NCBI GenBank assembly: GCA_030156895.1
Contig: JASGLP010000008.1
Coordinates: 21,650 to 53,649, forward strand
Direction of reading: 5' to 3'
DNA length: 32,000 bases
Origin: Eubacteriaceae bacterium
GTDB lineage: Bacteria; Bacillota; Clostridia; Eubacteriales; Eubacteriaceae
In this document: piece by piece, positions 19,049 through 27,546 of the stretch
How the letters are laid out: every line of letters starts with the position of its first letter
How positions within the stretch are numbered: position 1 is the first letter of the stretch
Program-made: the position numbers and the translations under genes
Notes under the pieces: model-generated
Databases searched by the model: none
What the model saw: only the letters and a program-made list of their open reading frames with translations
What the model was told of the DNA's origin: nothing

Positions 19049-19678
19049 TCAGCTTGCATTATATTTATTGCGGTATAAATGATAGAATTCTTCAACCTGA
19101 CGATCCAATATATCAAGAGCTTCTTTTTCCTCGGCAGATCGGCCATTATATTTACTAAGCAAAAAAAATATTGGAGCATAAAAATTCATCGCCATCGCCT
19201 TAGGGTCATGCGCAGAAAACGATCCCTGTCGAATCATTTCATTAAATAATTTAGCCTGATAAGCAATACTTTCTTCCATAAAAATATTTCGATAAATCTC
19301 ATAAATTTCCGGGTCAGAGTACTGCTCCATATTTGCTAAGCGCCAGAAACGAGAAATTAAGTCATCTTTTAAATAAAAGAGAAAAATCATTCGACTAAAA
19401 GCCTGAAGTTCCTCTAGTGACATATTTGCGTATTTTGAAGCGGCCTTTAAAAAATCATTTTCATCAGGCAGACCGATTTCAACTGACATTTCTGCCATCT
19501 TCTCGCGCATTCTTTCGACAATGGTATCAAAAATCTCTTTCTTGCTGGAAAAGTGCTTATATAAGGAACTATCCTTGATTCCCACTGCATCGGCAATTGC
19601 TTTTACCGTTGTTGCTTTAAAACCGTTAATCGAAAAAAGCGTTAACGCTTCATCGACAATTTTTTCTTTTGTTGTCAT
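19049..19678 (-). CDS. TetR/AcrR family transcriptional regulator
   Basis: N-terminal HTH KEKIVDEALTLFSINGFKATTVKAIADAVGIKDSSLYKHFSSKKEIF. Start overlaps the radical SAM stop (TAATG). Confidence 0.9.
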   Translation of the reverse strand: MTTKEKIVDEALTLFSINGFKATTVKAIADAVGIKDSSLYKHFSSKKEIFDTIVERMREKMAEMSVEIGLPDENDFLKAASKYANMSLEELQAFSRMIFLFYLKDDLISRFWRLANMEQYSDPEIYEIYRNIFMEESIAYQAKLFNEMIRQGSFSAHDPKAMAMNFYAPIFFLLSKYNGRSAEEKEALDILDRQVEEFYHLYRNKYNAS

Positions 19679-20775
19679 TAAACCGTCCTTTCAAGAAGCG
19701 CTTTCACTTCTGCTTCCTGCTCGAAAAGAACGCAGCCTCCAGTATGCTCTACTAATAAATTACCAGCGTTTTGCAATTTTAAAAACAGTGGTGATCGCAA
19801 TGCTTCTTTTAAAGAAGTATTCATCAGCGTAGTATCGGAGTATGGTGAAAAAGGGCAGGGTTCCGCCTCTCCATAGGGATTAATATGGAAAAATCCCCGG
19901 CCTGCAGCCAGACAACCACCTGATTCTTTTTCATCCCCAGGAAAAGCAATGAAAATCATCTCTTTTTCATGCTCTCGTATTTTATTGAGTTTTCTCTCAA
20001 AGATTGTCCTACTGTCATCATCAAATGCCAGGTTTTTACTACTTCCATCCACTGGCACATACTCCACATAGATCACTGCTTTACAACCTCGTTCTTTAAT
20101 TTCGTTAATAAATGCATCTGAAAACACTTCTTCAAGGTTTTTAGATGTAACCGTAACCGAGACGCCAAATATATTACCCCGATTTTTCAGCGATTTCATT
20201 GCTTCTTCAATCTTCCGATAAACACCGCTCCCCCTTCTCTGATCGGTTGTAACCATATTTCCTTCCATACTGATAAGGGGAACCAAATTAGGATTGACTG
20301 CTAGAAAATCAAGATATTGCTGATCTATCATTGTTCCGTTGGTAAAAACCGGAAACAGGATTCTTTTTTCTTTGGCCGCCACCGTCAGAATATCCTTGCG
20401 TACAAAAGGTTCTCCCCCAGCCAAAAGGACAAAGCTGATACCCAGATCAGCCGCCTGATTAAAAATGTTCTGCCACTGATCCACCGATAATTTCTTTTTC
20501 TCGTTTGCTTTATCATGACATTGCTGATTAGCTCTGGCATAACATCCGCTACAGTGAAGATTACAGTCTTCAGTAATACTGGCAATTAAAAATGGGGGGA
20601 TGTGTTCACCGCATAATTCCGCTTTCTGACGCAACTTCTCGGCATTCTGACTAATTTTAGCAAATTTCATCATAAAAAGGCTGGCCTGAGGATTTTTCAA
20701 TGTTGTTTTTAAGATCCCTTGAACAATTTCTCTGACTCCCTCGCTTAAATAGGCTTCCAAATTAAAGGTTGACAT
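19678..20775 (-). CDS. Radical SAM protein with twitch/partial-SPASM-like C-terminal Cys motif
   Basis: CNLHCSGCYA (Cx3Cx2C), GGEPF, and C-terminal GGCLAAGRGFFHINPYGEAEPC (C-x13-G-x4-C). I prefer ATG 20775 (GGAGG 6 nt upstream) over the ORF-track start at 20796. Confidence 0.85.
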   Translation of the reverse strand: MSTFNLEAYLSEGVREIVQGILKTTLKNPQASLFMMKFAKISQNAEKLRQKAELCGEHIPPFLIASITEDCNLHCSGCYARANQQCHDKANEKKKLSVDQWQNIFNQAADLGISFVLLAGGEPFVRKDILTVAAKEKRILFPVFTNGTMIDQQYLDFLAVNPNLVPLISMEGNMVTTDQRRGSGVYRKIEEAMKSLKNRGNIFGVSVTVTSKNLEEVFSDAFINEIKERGCKAVIYVEYVPVDGSSKNLAFDDDSRTIFERKLNKIREHEKEMIFIAFPGDEKESGGCLAAGRGFFHINPYGEAEPCPFSPYSDTTLMNTSLKEALRSPLFLKLQNAGNLLVEHTGGCVLFEQEAEVKALLERTV

Positions 20776-20816
20776 TTTTTCCTCCATATAAAGCAATACA
20801 TGCTTGACTTATAATT

Positions 20817-20879
20817 ATAAACACAAGCTAGCATTCACTAGCTTGTGTTTATTTTAGCTAGTAATCGCTAGCTTGTCAA
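20817..20879 (-). promoter_or_regulatory. Promoter plus two palindromic operators of the radical SAM/TetR operon
   Basis: Minus strand reads TTGACA (20874-20879)-17 nt-TAAAAT (20851-20856). The 17-nt spacer holds the palindrome AGCTAG-6-CTAGCT (20856-20873). A perfect 15-6-15 palindrome ATAAACACAAGCTAG-CATTCA-CTAGCTTGTGTTTAT (20817-20852) starts at the -10 and covers the expected +1. Confidence 0.7.
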
Positions 20880-20887
20880 GTCTAATT

Positions 20888-20916
20888 TTAAAAAAATAAA
20901 ACCGCCGAAGCGGTTT
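20888..20916 (-). terminator. Rho-independent terminator of the GT2/GT-C operon
   Basis: Minus strand: AAACCGC-TTCG-GCGGTTT hairpin followed by TATTTTTTTAAAA, 8 nt after the stop at 20924. Confidence 0.75.
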
Positions 20917-20923
20917 CGATTTT

Positions 20924-23293
20924 CTAATTCTGTCTCAAATCATAAAGTGTACCTGAGCTATTCATGCCACCACCCATATAAGCGTCTTGACTCATATCAG
21001 CCTGGCTGACATCAAACTCTGCTGTCTCCGAATGCGTCACATCTTCTTCTGATGCGTCATTGGTTTGCGTTTCTGAGTCTGGTAACTGATCCGTTGTCAC
21101 GATCGAATCCAATGCTGAACTATCAGACCAGAGACTTTGATCCACCGCGGTTCCATTCTCCTGAATCCAGCTCATAATATCGTTACCCATTTGACCTCCG
21201 CCACCTTGCCCGTCAATCAGCGCAAAACTAATTTCTCCATCTTCAACCATCTGAGCAAATTCATCTACCGTAAGAATACTGTCCGAACCAGAGAATCCAC
21301 CCAAAGCCATCACTGATTCTCCATAGTTGATAATAATTGATGATGCCGTCCCCGATGCCGAAGAAGTTGCCAGCAAATAGGTTTCATCCGTAGTGTTTTC
21401 TTTAAGATATGTCACCAGTTTATCAAGGCTTTCATCCTCAACATCGGATCCAGCAGCCCATGAACCGGAATCACTAGAAGTCATAAGACTTAAACCCGCC
21501 GATGGGAAAGTACCTGATTCCTTATAAAAAATCGTTGTCCCGGCATAAAATAGCGGTGTCAACGCCACCCCGGCAAAAGCAGTTAGTGCTATGGCAATAA
21601 TCCATTTCCGATGAGCTGCCACAAGCGCTTCCCGATTTTTATTAAGGGTTATCACCAGAAGCACTGCTGAGAAACCGATACTGAATACCCCAGTGGCAAT
21701 CATCAGGTAAAGGGCAATCTGAGAAGTATCCACAGCATAGTAAAGGAACAGCATCTGCACCAATCCGGTAACTGTTAAGGCAATTGGCAGGGCCAGGTTT
21801 TCTTTGCCCTCCCGCTGAAACATATCCCACATGGCCGAAAGGCCAATTCCTGTCAGAGCCGCAATCGGCGGGGCCAGCATAATCAGGTAATAGGGATGAA
21901 AGAGGCCAGTTGTAAAACTGAAATAGACAAAGACCGGAACTAGCCACAGAGTCCAGATTATCAGACTATGCTTTTTATTTTCATCGAAATCACTGATAAA
22001 CATTTTAAGGGAATATTTTTGTTTCTCTTCACCAATCACGGTCAGGCCTAAAATGTTCTTTTTGCGTTCATTCCACAGAGCAGCGCAAAGTCCCAGAAGT
22101 GCTAAAGGCAAGAACCAGCTGATCTGATCAGTCAGACCATTATCGGACAGGAGTCTTACAATACTGGCAGGCTTAGAGCCACCAAAATTGCTGTTACCAC
22201 CACCCATTCCGCCACCATTTTGACGTTCAGAATCGTCAGGCATTTCACCCATATCACCTGACATACCAGGTCCATTGCCAGCCTGACCAGAGAATTCCTC
22301 TTCTGTCATGGCGGATGAATTCTGATCATCTACCGATGTATCTGCAGCCGCTTCCGTGATTGCTGCATCATTGCTGTTGCTGTCGGTTGGCATTTGCGTA
22401 GAGCTGTCGGTACTTGTCCCATCCGTCGTCTGATCACCTGGCATAGCCATATCATCCGACATACCTTCAGGCATCTCCTGATCACCACCACCAGATGTTC
22501 CACTAGAACCAGTCAGACGTTCAATTCCGTTGTGTCCAAAAATAAGTTCCAGTTCACTGTTGTCGCTAGAACTTCCCACATAAGGTCGTTCCGATGCCGG
22601 TACCAGGTCTACAATCACCGCCCAGGACAGAGAAACCACCACCAGCACTACCGAAGCAATGGCCAGGTGAATAATTCGCTTTTTTAATGGGATAGCTTTG
22701 ATCAGGATATAAGCAACATAAATGGCCGGTGCAATCATATAAGCTTCCAGCATTTTAATATTAAAGCCCAGGCCGACAATGGCCAGACTGATAATCAAAT
22801 CCTTGAGTGACCCCTTTTCAGCTGCTTTCTGTAAAAAATACAGAGCAATTAAAAGGGTCATTACCAGAAGACCGTCCAGGGTGTTGTTTTTAGAAACTGC
22901 CACAAACATCGGCGTAATAGCCAAACAAAAGGCTGAAAGTAATCCAGCCAGTGGTCCAAATGGTTTTTTAACCAATAGATAGATGAACAGTACCGAGATC
23001 GCCCCAGCTAATGCCTGGGGAAACAAAATACTCCAACCACTATATCCGAATATTTTAGCCGAAATGGCCTGAATCATAAATCCCAGCGGCGGTTTGTCAA
23101 TGGTCACAAAGCCAGCCGGATCAAAAGACACAAAAAAGAAATTGCTTAGACTCATGGTCATACTCTTCACACCCGCAGCGTAATACTCGTTAGCATAACC
23201 CTGGATGCTTAAGTTTGCAAAATTCATAATCAGTGAAAACAGAACGATCAGTGAGATAGCAATTTTCTCTTTTGTCAATTTTAACTTTTCCAT
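20924..23293 (-). CDS. GT-C fold glycosyltransferase, family 39 (ArnT/PMT/YkcB-like), with large low-complexity loop insertion
   Basis: 789 aa, ~12 TM. The N-terminal region GYANEYYAAGVKSM...FFFVSFDPAGFVTIDKPPLG is typical of YkcB-type GT39 proteins. aa 261-373 are Met/Asp/Ser/Gly-rich. Confidence 0.85.
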   Translation of the reverse strand: MEKLKLTKEKIAISLIVLFSLIMNFANLSIQGYANEYYAAGVKSMTMSLSNFFFVSFDPAGFVTIDKPPLGFMIQAISAKIFGYSGWSILFPQALAGAISVLFIYLLVKKPFGPLAGLLSAFCLAITPMFVAVSKNNTLDGLLVMTLLIALYFLQKAAEKGSLKDLIISLAIVGLGFNIKMLEAYMIAPAIYVAYILIKAIPLKKRIIHLAIASVVLVVVSLSWAVIVDLVPASERPYVGSSSDNSELELIFGHNGIERLTGSSGTSGGGDQEMPEGMSDDMAMPGDQTTDGTSTDSSTQMPTDSNSNDAAITEAAADTSVDDQNSSAMTEEEFSGQAGNGPGMSGDMGEMPDDSERQNGGGMGGGNSNFGGSKPASIVRLLSDNGLTDQISWFLPLALLGLCAALWNERKKNILGLTVIGEEKQKYSLKMFISDFDENKKHSLIIWTLWLVPVFVYFSFTTGLFHPYYLIMLAPPIAALTGIGLSAMWDMFQREGKENLALPIALTVTGLVQMLFLYYAVDTSQIALYLMIATGVFSIGFSAVLLVITLNKNREALVAAHRKWIIAIALTAFAGVALTPLFYAGTTIFYKESGTFPSAGLSLMTSSDSGSWAAGSDVEDESLDKLVTYLKENTTDETYLLATSSASGTASSIIINYGESVMALGGFSGSDSILTVDEFAQMVEDGEISFALIDGQGGGGQMGNDIMSWIQENGTAVDQSLWSDSSALDSIVTTDQLPDSETQTNDASEEDVTHSETAEFDVSQADMSQDAYMGGGMNSSGTLYDLRQN

Positions 23294-23305
23294 AAATCTC
23301 CTATC

Positions 23306-24292
23306 TTAAATGGCCGTTTTTTTATTCAATTGCTCACTAAGCGTATATGTTTGAGCTTCACAGTGAATTTTTTCATCAATGACATAATTTGGGCGTTTTC
23401 GACTTTCATCGAGAATTCTAGAAATATATTGTCCCATAATCCCAAAAGCGGTATAAGTAATTCCAAACAGTATCATCATCATGATTGCTATCATCGTTAT
23501 ACCACTGAACTCAATGAAGCCCAGTCCTATACTGATCCCATCAGCAAGAAAAGCAATCAGACCGGCAGTCAGGATTACACCGCCAATCAAGGTAAAACAG
23601 GTAATTGGTTTAAACGAGAAGGATGTAATTCCGTCAAAAGCCAGCTTTATCATTTTTTTAAGCGTATACTTGGTTTCACCATCAAAGCGTTCCTGTCTGA
23701 CAAATTCCACTGCTGTCTGTTTGAAACCCAACCAACTGATCAATCCACGGACATAACGGTTTTTTTCCGGCAAAGCATTCAGAGCATCACAGACTTTTCG
23801 ATCAATGAGTCTAAAGTCTCCCGTATCCTTGGGAATTTCTACACTGGTCAAATGATCAAGAAATCGGTAAAAGGTTTTAGCCGTCAGCTTTTTAAAGAAC
23901 GATTCTCCTTCTCGTTTGCTTCTCTTGGCATATACAACATCATAGCCTTCTTTCCATTTTTCAATCATCGAAAGAATCAGCTCTGGCGGATCCTGCAAAT
24001 CCGCATCAATGACCACAATGGCATCCCCCTTTGCGGCTTCCATACCAGCAGTAATAGCCTGCTGATGGCCAAAATTTCTGGAAAAATTAATCAGCTCAAT
24101 CCGTGAATCTTTTCGGCAAAGCGCCTCTGCCATTTCTCTCGTCGCATCCTTGCTGCCATCATTAACCCAAACCAGCTCATAAGTTTCTCCTGTCTGGTCC
24201 ATTATAGCTGTTATACGTTTATACATCTCGTCAATAACCAGTTCCTCATTATATAGCGGAACTACAATCGAATAAACAGTGTGAGTTTTCAT
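23306..24292 (-). CDS. Family-2 polyprenyl-phosphate glycosyltransferase (GtrB/ArnC/CsbB/YkcC-like)
   Basis: YSIVVPLYNEE, VNDGSKD, VVIDADLQDPPE, and two C-terminal TM helices. I prefer ATG 24292 (AAAGGGG upstream) over 24334. Confidence 0.9.
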   Translation of the reverse strand: MKTHTVYSIVVPLYNEELVIDEMYKRITAIMDQTGETYELVWVNDGSKDATREMAEALCRKDSRIELINFSRNFGHQQAITAGMEAAKGDAIVVIDADLQDPPELILSMIEKWKEGYDVVYAKRSKREGESFFKKLTAKTFYRFLDHLTSVEIPKDTGDFRLIDRKVCDALNALPEKNRYVRGLISWLGFKQTAVEFVRQERFDGETKYTLKKMIKLAFDGITSFSFKPITCFTLIGGVILTAGLIAFLADGISIGLGFIEFSGITMIAIMMMILFGITYTAFGIMGQYISRILDESRKRPNYVIDEKIHCEAQTYTLSEQLNKKTAI

Positions 24293-24545
24293 TTTTAACC
24301 CCTTTCGAGAAATCTGAGAACTTTTCCAATTCATTTTTTGTTGAGATCATCATACCCCCAAATTGTAAAACGCGTATAAAGGCGGAGTGAACGTTATGTG
24401 AATATTGATTAAATCACCAATAATCTTTTGCGTTCGCACATGATTGTCTTTTTAAATAATAAAAGACATGTTAGAATATCATTATGTATCATCTCCACTG
24501 AAAAGTTTTGGTTAACCAGAAATATAAAAATCAAAGGAGCCTTTT

Positions 24546-24962
24546 ATGAACAAACCTAAAGTCGCCTTCATCTGCGTCCATAATTCCTGTCGCAGCCAGA
24601 TGGCTGAAGCCCTTGGCAAAAAATTTGCTGCCGACGTCTTTGAAAGCTATTCAGCCGGAACCGAAACCAAACCGCAGATTAATCAGGATGCGGTTCGTCT
24701 GATCAAAGAACGCTACAATATTGATATGGAAGCCAGTCAATATTCCAAACTCCTTGATGAACTGCCCCCAATCGATATTGTAATTAAGATGGGCTGCAAT
24801 GTGGTCTGTCCCTATTTACCGGCAAAACATACAGAAGATTGGGGGCTGGATGATCCAAGCGGAAAATCTGATCAGGAATTTGGCCTGATTATCGATGCAA
24901 TTGAAGCAAAGGTCAAAAAACTGGCTGATGATATAAAAAACAATATAATCAGCTTTTTATAA
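24546..24962 (+). CDS. arsC: Thioredoxin-coupled arsenate reductase (LMW-PTP family)
   Basis: KVAFICVHNSCRSQMAEA P-loop (Cys10/Cys15/Arg16) and the downstream Cys pair GCNVVCPYL, matching the three-Cys relay of Gram-positive ArsC. RBS AAAGGAG. Confidence 0.9.
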   Translation: MNKPKVAFICVHNSCRSQMAEALGKKFAADVFESYSAGTETKPQINQDAVRLIKERYNIDMEASQYSKLLDELPPIDIVIKMGCNVVCPYLPAKHTEDWGLDDPSGKSDQEFGLIIDAIEAKVKKLADDIKNNIISFL

Positions 24963-24972
24963 CTAAACTGCG

Positions 24973-25011
24973 AAAAAAAGCTGCCCGCATCATTATTTTG
25001 ATGCAGGCAGC
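24973..25011 (-). terminator. Terminator of the minus-strand permease genes (may also stop arsC)
   Basis: 12-bp stem GCTGCCCGCATC / GATGCAGGCAGC (one mismatch) with an 8-nt loop. The A7 run on the plus side is a T-run for the minus strand. It lies between the convergent arsC and the 25100 gene. Confidence 0.65.
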
Positions 25012-25099
25012 TCTCTGATCATTTATTACTGGAAACAGAAATCATTTAATGCATTAATATCTTTTACTCAATTTTATTCTTTAACTGCCGCCATTGCAG

Positions 25100-25639
25100 T
25101 TAAGTATCAAATTTTTCGGCGTCCTCATAAATCTTTTTGATTTCATCCTCTTTCATCACCGCCGAAAGAATATAGGCAATAATAATAATTCCGGGAATAT
25201 CAATAAATAGACGGGTAATCGCAAATTTTGTCCCCATAGATGCCATTTCAAATAAAAACATGGGGATTTTTGTGGTCGACCATGCTCCGATAAAGATCAT
25301 GATATTGCTGAATTTTACGCCCTTTTTCATAAAGACAGCGGCAATGGGAAACGCACCATATAAAGGTCCGGCGGCAGCTGAACCAATAAAAAAAGCCAGT
25401 AGAATCCCTTTCAGACCTGAACCGGGGCCCATATATTTCATCATCGTTTCTCTCGGTACCCAGACGTCCAAAAGCCCCAGCAGGACAAAAACCGGCGGGA
25501 TAATCATAATCATTTCTTTGATCGAATATCCGCTGATTCCGATCGCTTTTAAGCCCAGTTCCCGGTTAAAAAGGGTGATCAAAATCATAATTACAATGGC
25601 AATTAAAAATCCACGATAGCGTTTTAAAAACTTTTTCAT
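25100..25639 (-). CDS. Permease, DUF318/ArsP-family (COG0701-like), C-terminal-half subunit of a two-piece permease
   Basis: 179 aa, ~5 TM. 4-nt overlap with the upstream half-gene. The family call rests on my recollection of split SMU_746c/747c-type permeases and needs an HMM check. Confidence 0.6.
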   Translation of the reverse strand: MKKFLKRYRGFLIAIVIMILITLFNRELGLKAIGISGYSIKEMIMIIPPVFVLLGLLDVWVPRETMMKYMGPGSGLKGILLAFFIGSAAAGPLYGAFPIAAVFMKKGVKFSNIMIFIGAWSTTKIPMFLFEMASMGTKFAITRLFIDIPGIIIIAYILSAVMKEDEIKKIYEDAEKFDT

Positions 25640-26115
25640 AAACTCATCACCACCCCAATTACCAGTGCCACAACAAAGGAAAAGAGAAAGGCCAGAAAAT
25701 TGCGGGCAATCGCCAGCTTTTTCCCGAAATACTTCATCTCAACCGGCAGGGTTATGATCCCTACCATCATCAGAGCCGAGATAAAGGCCCCGATCTGCAT
25801 ATAACCGGCGCCCCCCTCTAATAATAAGGCTGTCATAGGAAAGGCTACAAAACCGGGAATCAGAGTAATAGAACCCGTAGCGGCTGCCAGGAACACTCCC
25901 AGCCAGCCCGATTTTTCACCGATGATATTAGAGATCACCTCTTCATTAATAACCGTCAATAATAAGCCAACCAGCAGAATCACCACCAGAAATTCCGGCA
26001 AGATATTTTCAAAGGCTTTCCAGGCCTTTTTTAAGGCCATTTTCGTCTTTTTTCGATCCTTGTAGAAAGAAACCAATAAAAGCAGGCCGGCAACTACATA
26101 TAAGGCTATATTCAT
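25636..26115 (-). CDS. Permease, DUF318/ArsP-family (COG0701-like), N-terminal-half subunit
   Basis: 159 aa, ~4 TM. N-terminus LLLVSFYKDRKKTKMALKKAWKAF and GSITLIPGFVAFPM resemble COG0701 permeases. RBS AAAGGAG. Confidence 0.6.
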   Translation of the reverse strand: MNIALYVVAGLLLLVSFYKDRKKTKMALKKAWKAFENILPEFLVVILLVGLLLTVINEEVISNIIGEKSGWLGVFLAAATGSITLIPGFVAFPMTALLLEGGAGYMQIGAFISALMMVGIITLPVEMKYFGKKLAIARNFLAFLFSFVVALVIGVVMSL

Positions 26116-26144
26116 AGCACCTCACTCCTTTATGCAAATTGGCC

Positions 26145-27338
26145 TTACTGGCATTCTCCGTTTTTCTCGAGCATCTCTTTCTGACGGCTTGCTTCAAACT
26201 GGGAAATAAAAAAGGCTGCTACCATACTGACCAGAAAAAGAATCACGGCGGAGTTTAAATAGATGGTCGACAAGTTTCCCGAATCAATCACCACAGCATT
26301 AACACTGGTACCTATCGCACCACCGACAAACATGTTAAATGAAGCCAATGACATGGCCGTTCCCCGGCGCTTTGATAATTTCTCCTGAACAGTGGTAATA
26401 AGTGTTGACTGGAGGAATATAAATGCCACCCCATAGCCAAATAAAGCCAAAGACAAGAACCAAACGTTGCTTGAAAAAGCCAGGCCCAAAAGGGATATTC
26501 CTCCGATGACACCAGCAGATACCAGAAATCTGCCTTTTAATTTCTTTCTTAAAACCGGAGCGATCCGCCCTCCGATGACTGTCCCAACCCCAAATAGGGA
26601 AAGAATGGCTCCCACAATAAACAGGTTATAACCAGTTACTGTTTGAATTAATTTACCAGTGTAAGTAAAGCCTCCAAAAACGCTGAAACCGACAAAGAAA
26701 ATCGTCAACACCAGTTTCATAAAAGAAAAATCTGAAAGGGGTTCCTTATAGGCTTCTATCAGATGAAAGTGATCAACCACGGGCTGATCTCTTTCAAGAA
26801 TTTTAAACATGATCAGGGCAACTACCAGCTCGGCAATCCCATAAGCCAGATAAACCAACCGCCAGGAACCTAAATAAGCCAAAGTCCCCCCAATAATGGT
26901 CGCCATTGCTCCGCCCATAAACATCAGCCCCATGACCTTGCCAATGGCTTTCTGCCGATGCTGAGGTTCAAAACTCTGGCCAACAAAAGCCAGTGTAACC
27001 GGGAAAATACCGGCACCGAAGGCGCCATTCATGGCACGAAAGAAAATCAATGAGGGCAGATTAAAGGAAAAAGCACCCAAGATACTAAAAATTGCCGTTC
27101 CCATGGCTGCTATATTAATAATCTTAACCTTGCCGAAGCGATCAGAAAGCGGGCCAAAAATCAATGTAAATGCTCCAAAAGCCAGCATATAAGCAGTAAC
27201 CGACATGGCCGCCACACTGACTGTGATATTTAAATCTGCAGCGATATTAATAATCAGCGGTGCCGCTGCATAGTTATCGCCATTAGCTAAAAATGCCATC
27301 AAACCAAGGATAGCAATCATTCTGTTTTTATTTTCCAT
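26145..27338 (-). CDS. MFS transporter (DHA-type)
   Basis: ~12 TM; GPLSDRFGK loop motif. I prefer ATG 27338 (MENKNRMIAILG), 1 nt after the ferredoxin stop. The ORF-track start at 27416 would overlap the ferredoxin gene by 77 nt. Confidence 0.85.
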   Translation of the reverse strand: MENKNRMIAILGLMAFLANGDNYAAAPLIINIAADLNITVSVAAMSVTAYMLAFGAFTLIFGPLSDRFGKVKIINIAAMGTAIFSILGAFSFNLPSLIFFRAMNGAFGAGIFPVTLAFVGQSFEPQHRQKAIGKVMGLMFMGGAMATIIGGTLAYLGSWRLVYLAYGIAELVVALIMFKILERDQPVVDHFHLIEAYKEPLSDFSFMKLVLTIFFVGFSVFGGFTYTGKLIQTVTGYNLFIVGAILSLFGVGTVIGGRIAPVLRKKLKGRFLVSAGVIGGISLLGLAFSSNVWFLSLALFGYGVAFIFLQSTLITTVQEKLSKRRGTAMSLASFNMFVGGAIGTSVNAVVIDSGNLSTIYLNSAVILFLVSMVAAFFISQFEASRQKEMLEKNGECQ

Positions 27339-27339
27339 T

Positions 27340-27546
27340 TTAGATATTTGTATCTCCATAATACTGAATCGCATCCGCTGGACACAGGTTACCACAACCA
27401 TGACAACCGTCAACACAACCGTCTGTATAAATCACAATCGGTTTTTGACTTGATTTGTCATAAACCCCATGAGTACATTTTTCTACGCATGATCCACATT
27501 CAACACAACTTTCTTCATTAATCATTGGATACCAATTTTTAGCCAT
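27340..27546 (-). CDS. Small atypical 2x[4Fe-4S] ferredoxin-like protein
   Basis: 68 aa: NWYPMINEESCVECGSCVEKCTHGVY (CxxCxxCxxxC) and CVDGCHGCGNLCP (Cx3Cx2Cx3CP). RBS AAGAGG. Paralog of 29367..29672. Confidence 0.85.
   Translation of the reverse strand: MAKNWYPMINEESCVECGSCVEKCTHGVYDKSSQKPIVIYTDGCVDGCHGCGNLCPADAIQYYGDTNI

Noticed and set aside
23330-24106. 258-aa plus-strand ORF (with the nested 91-aa ORF at 23481..23756).
   Set aside because: It lies entirely antisense to the GT2 glycosyltransferase gene, which has unambiguous catalytic motifs. Its translation is low-complexity with no motif and no RBS. It is a shadow ORF.
27339-27416. ORF-track N-terminal extension of the MFS transporter (MLTVVMVVVTCVQRMRFSIMEIQISK).
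   Set aside because: It would overlap the ferredoxin gene by 77 nt in another frame. The ATG at 27338, directly after the ferredoxin stop, gives a typical MFS N-terminus.
24546-27546. Interpreting arsC + MFS + split permease as a bona fide arsenic resistance operon.
   Set aside because: arsC is on the opposite strand (convergent), separated by a terminator. No arsR, arsB, acr3, arsA or arsD is present, and the permease halves contain no cysteines, unlike the vicinal Cys pair of characterised ArsP. This is kept only as a hypothesis to test.
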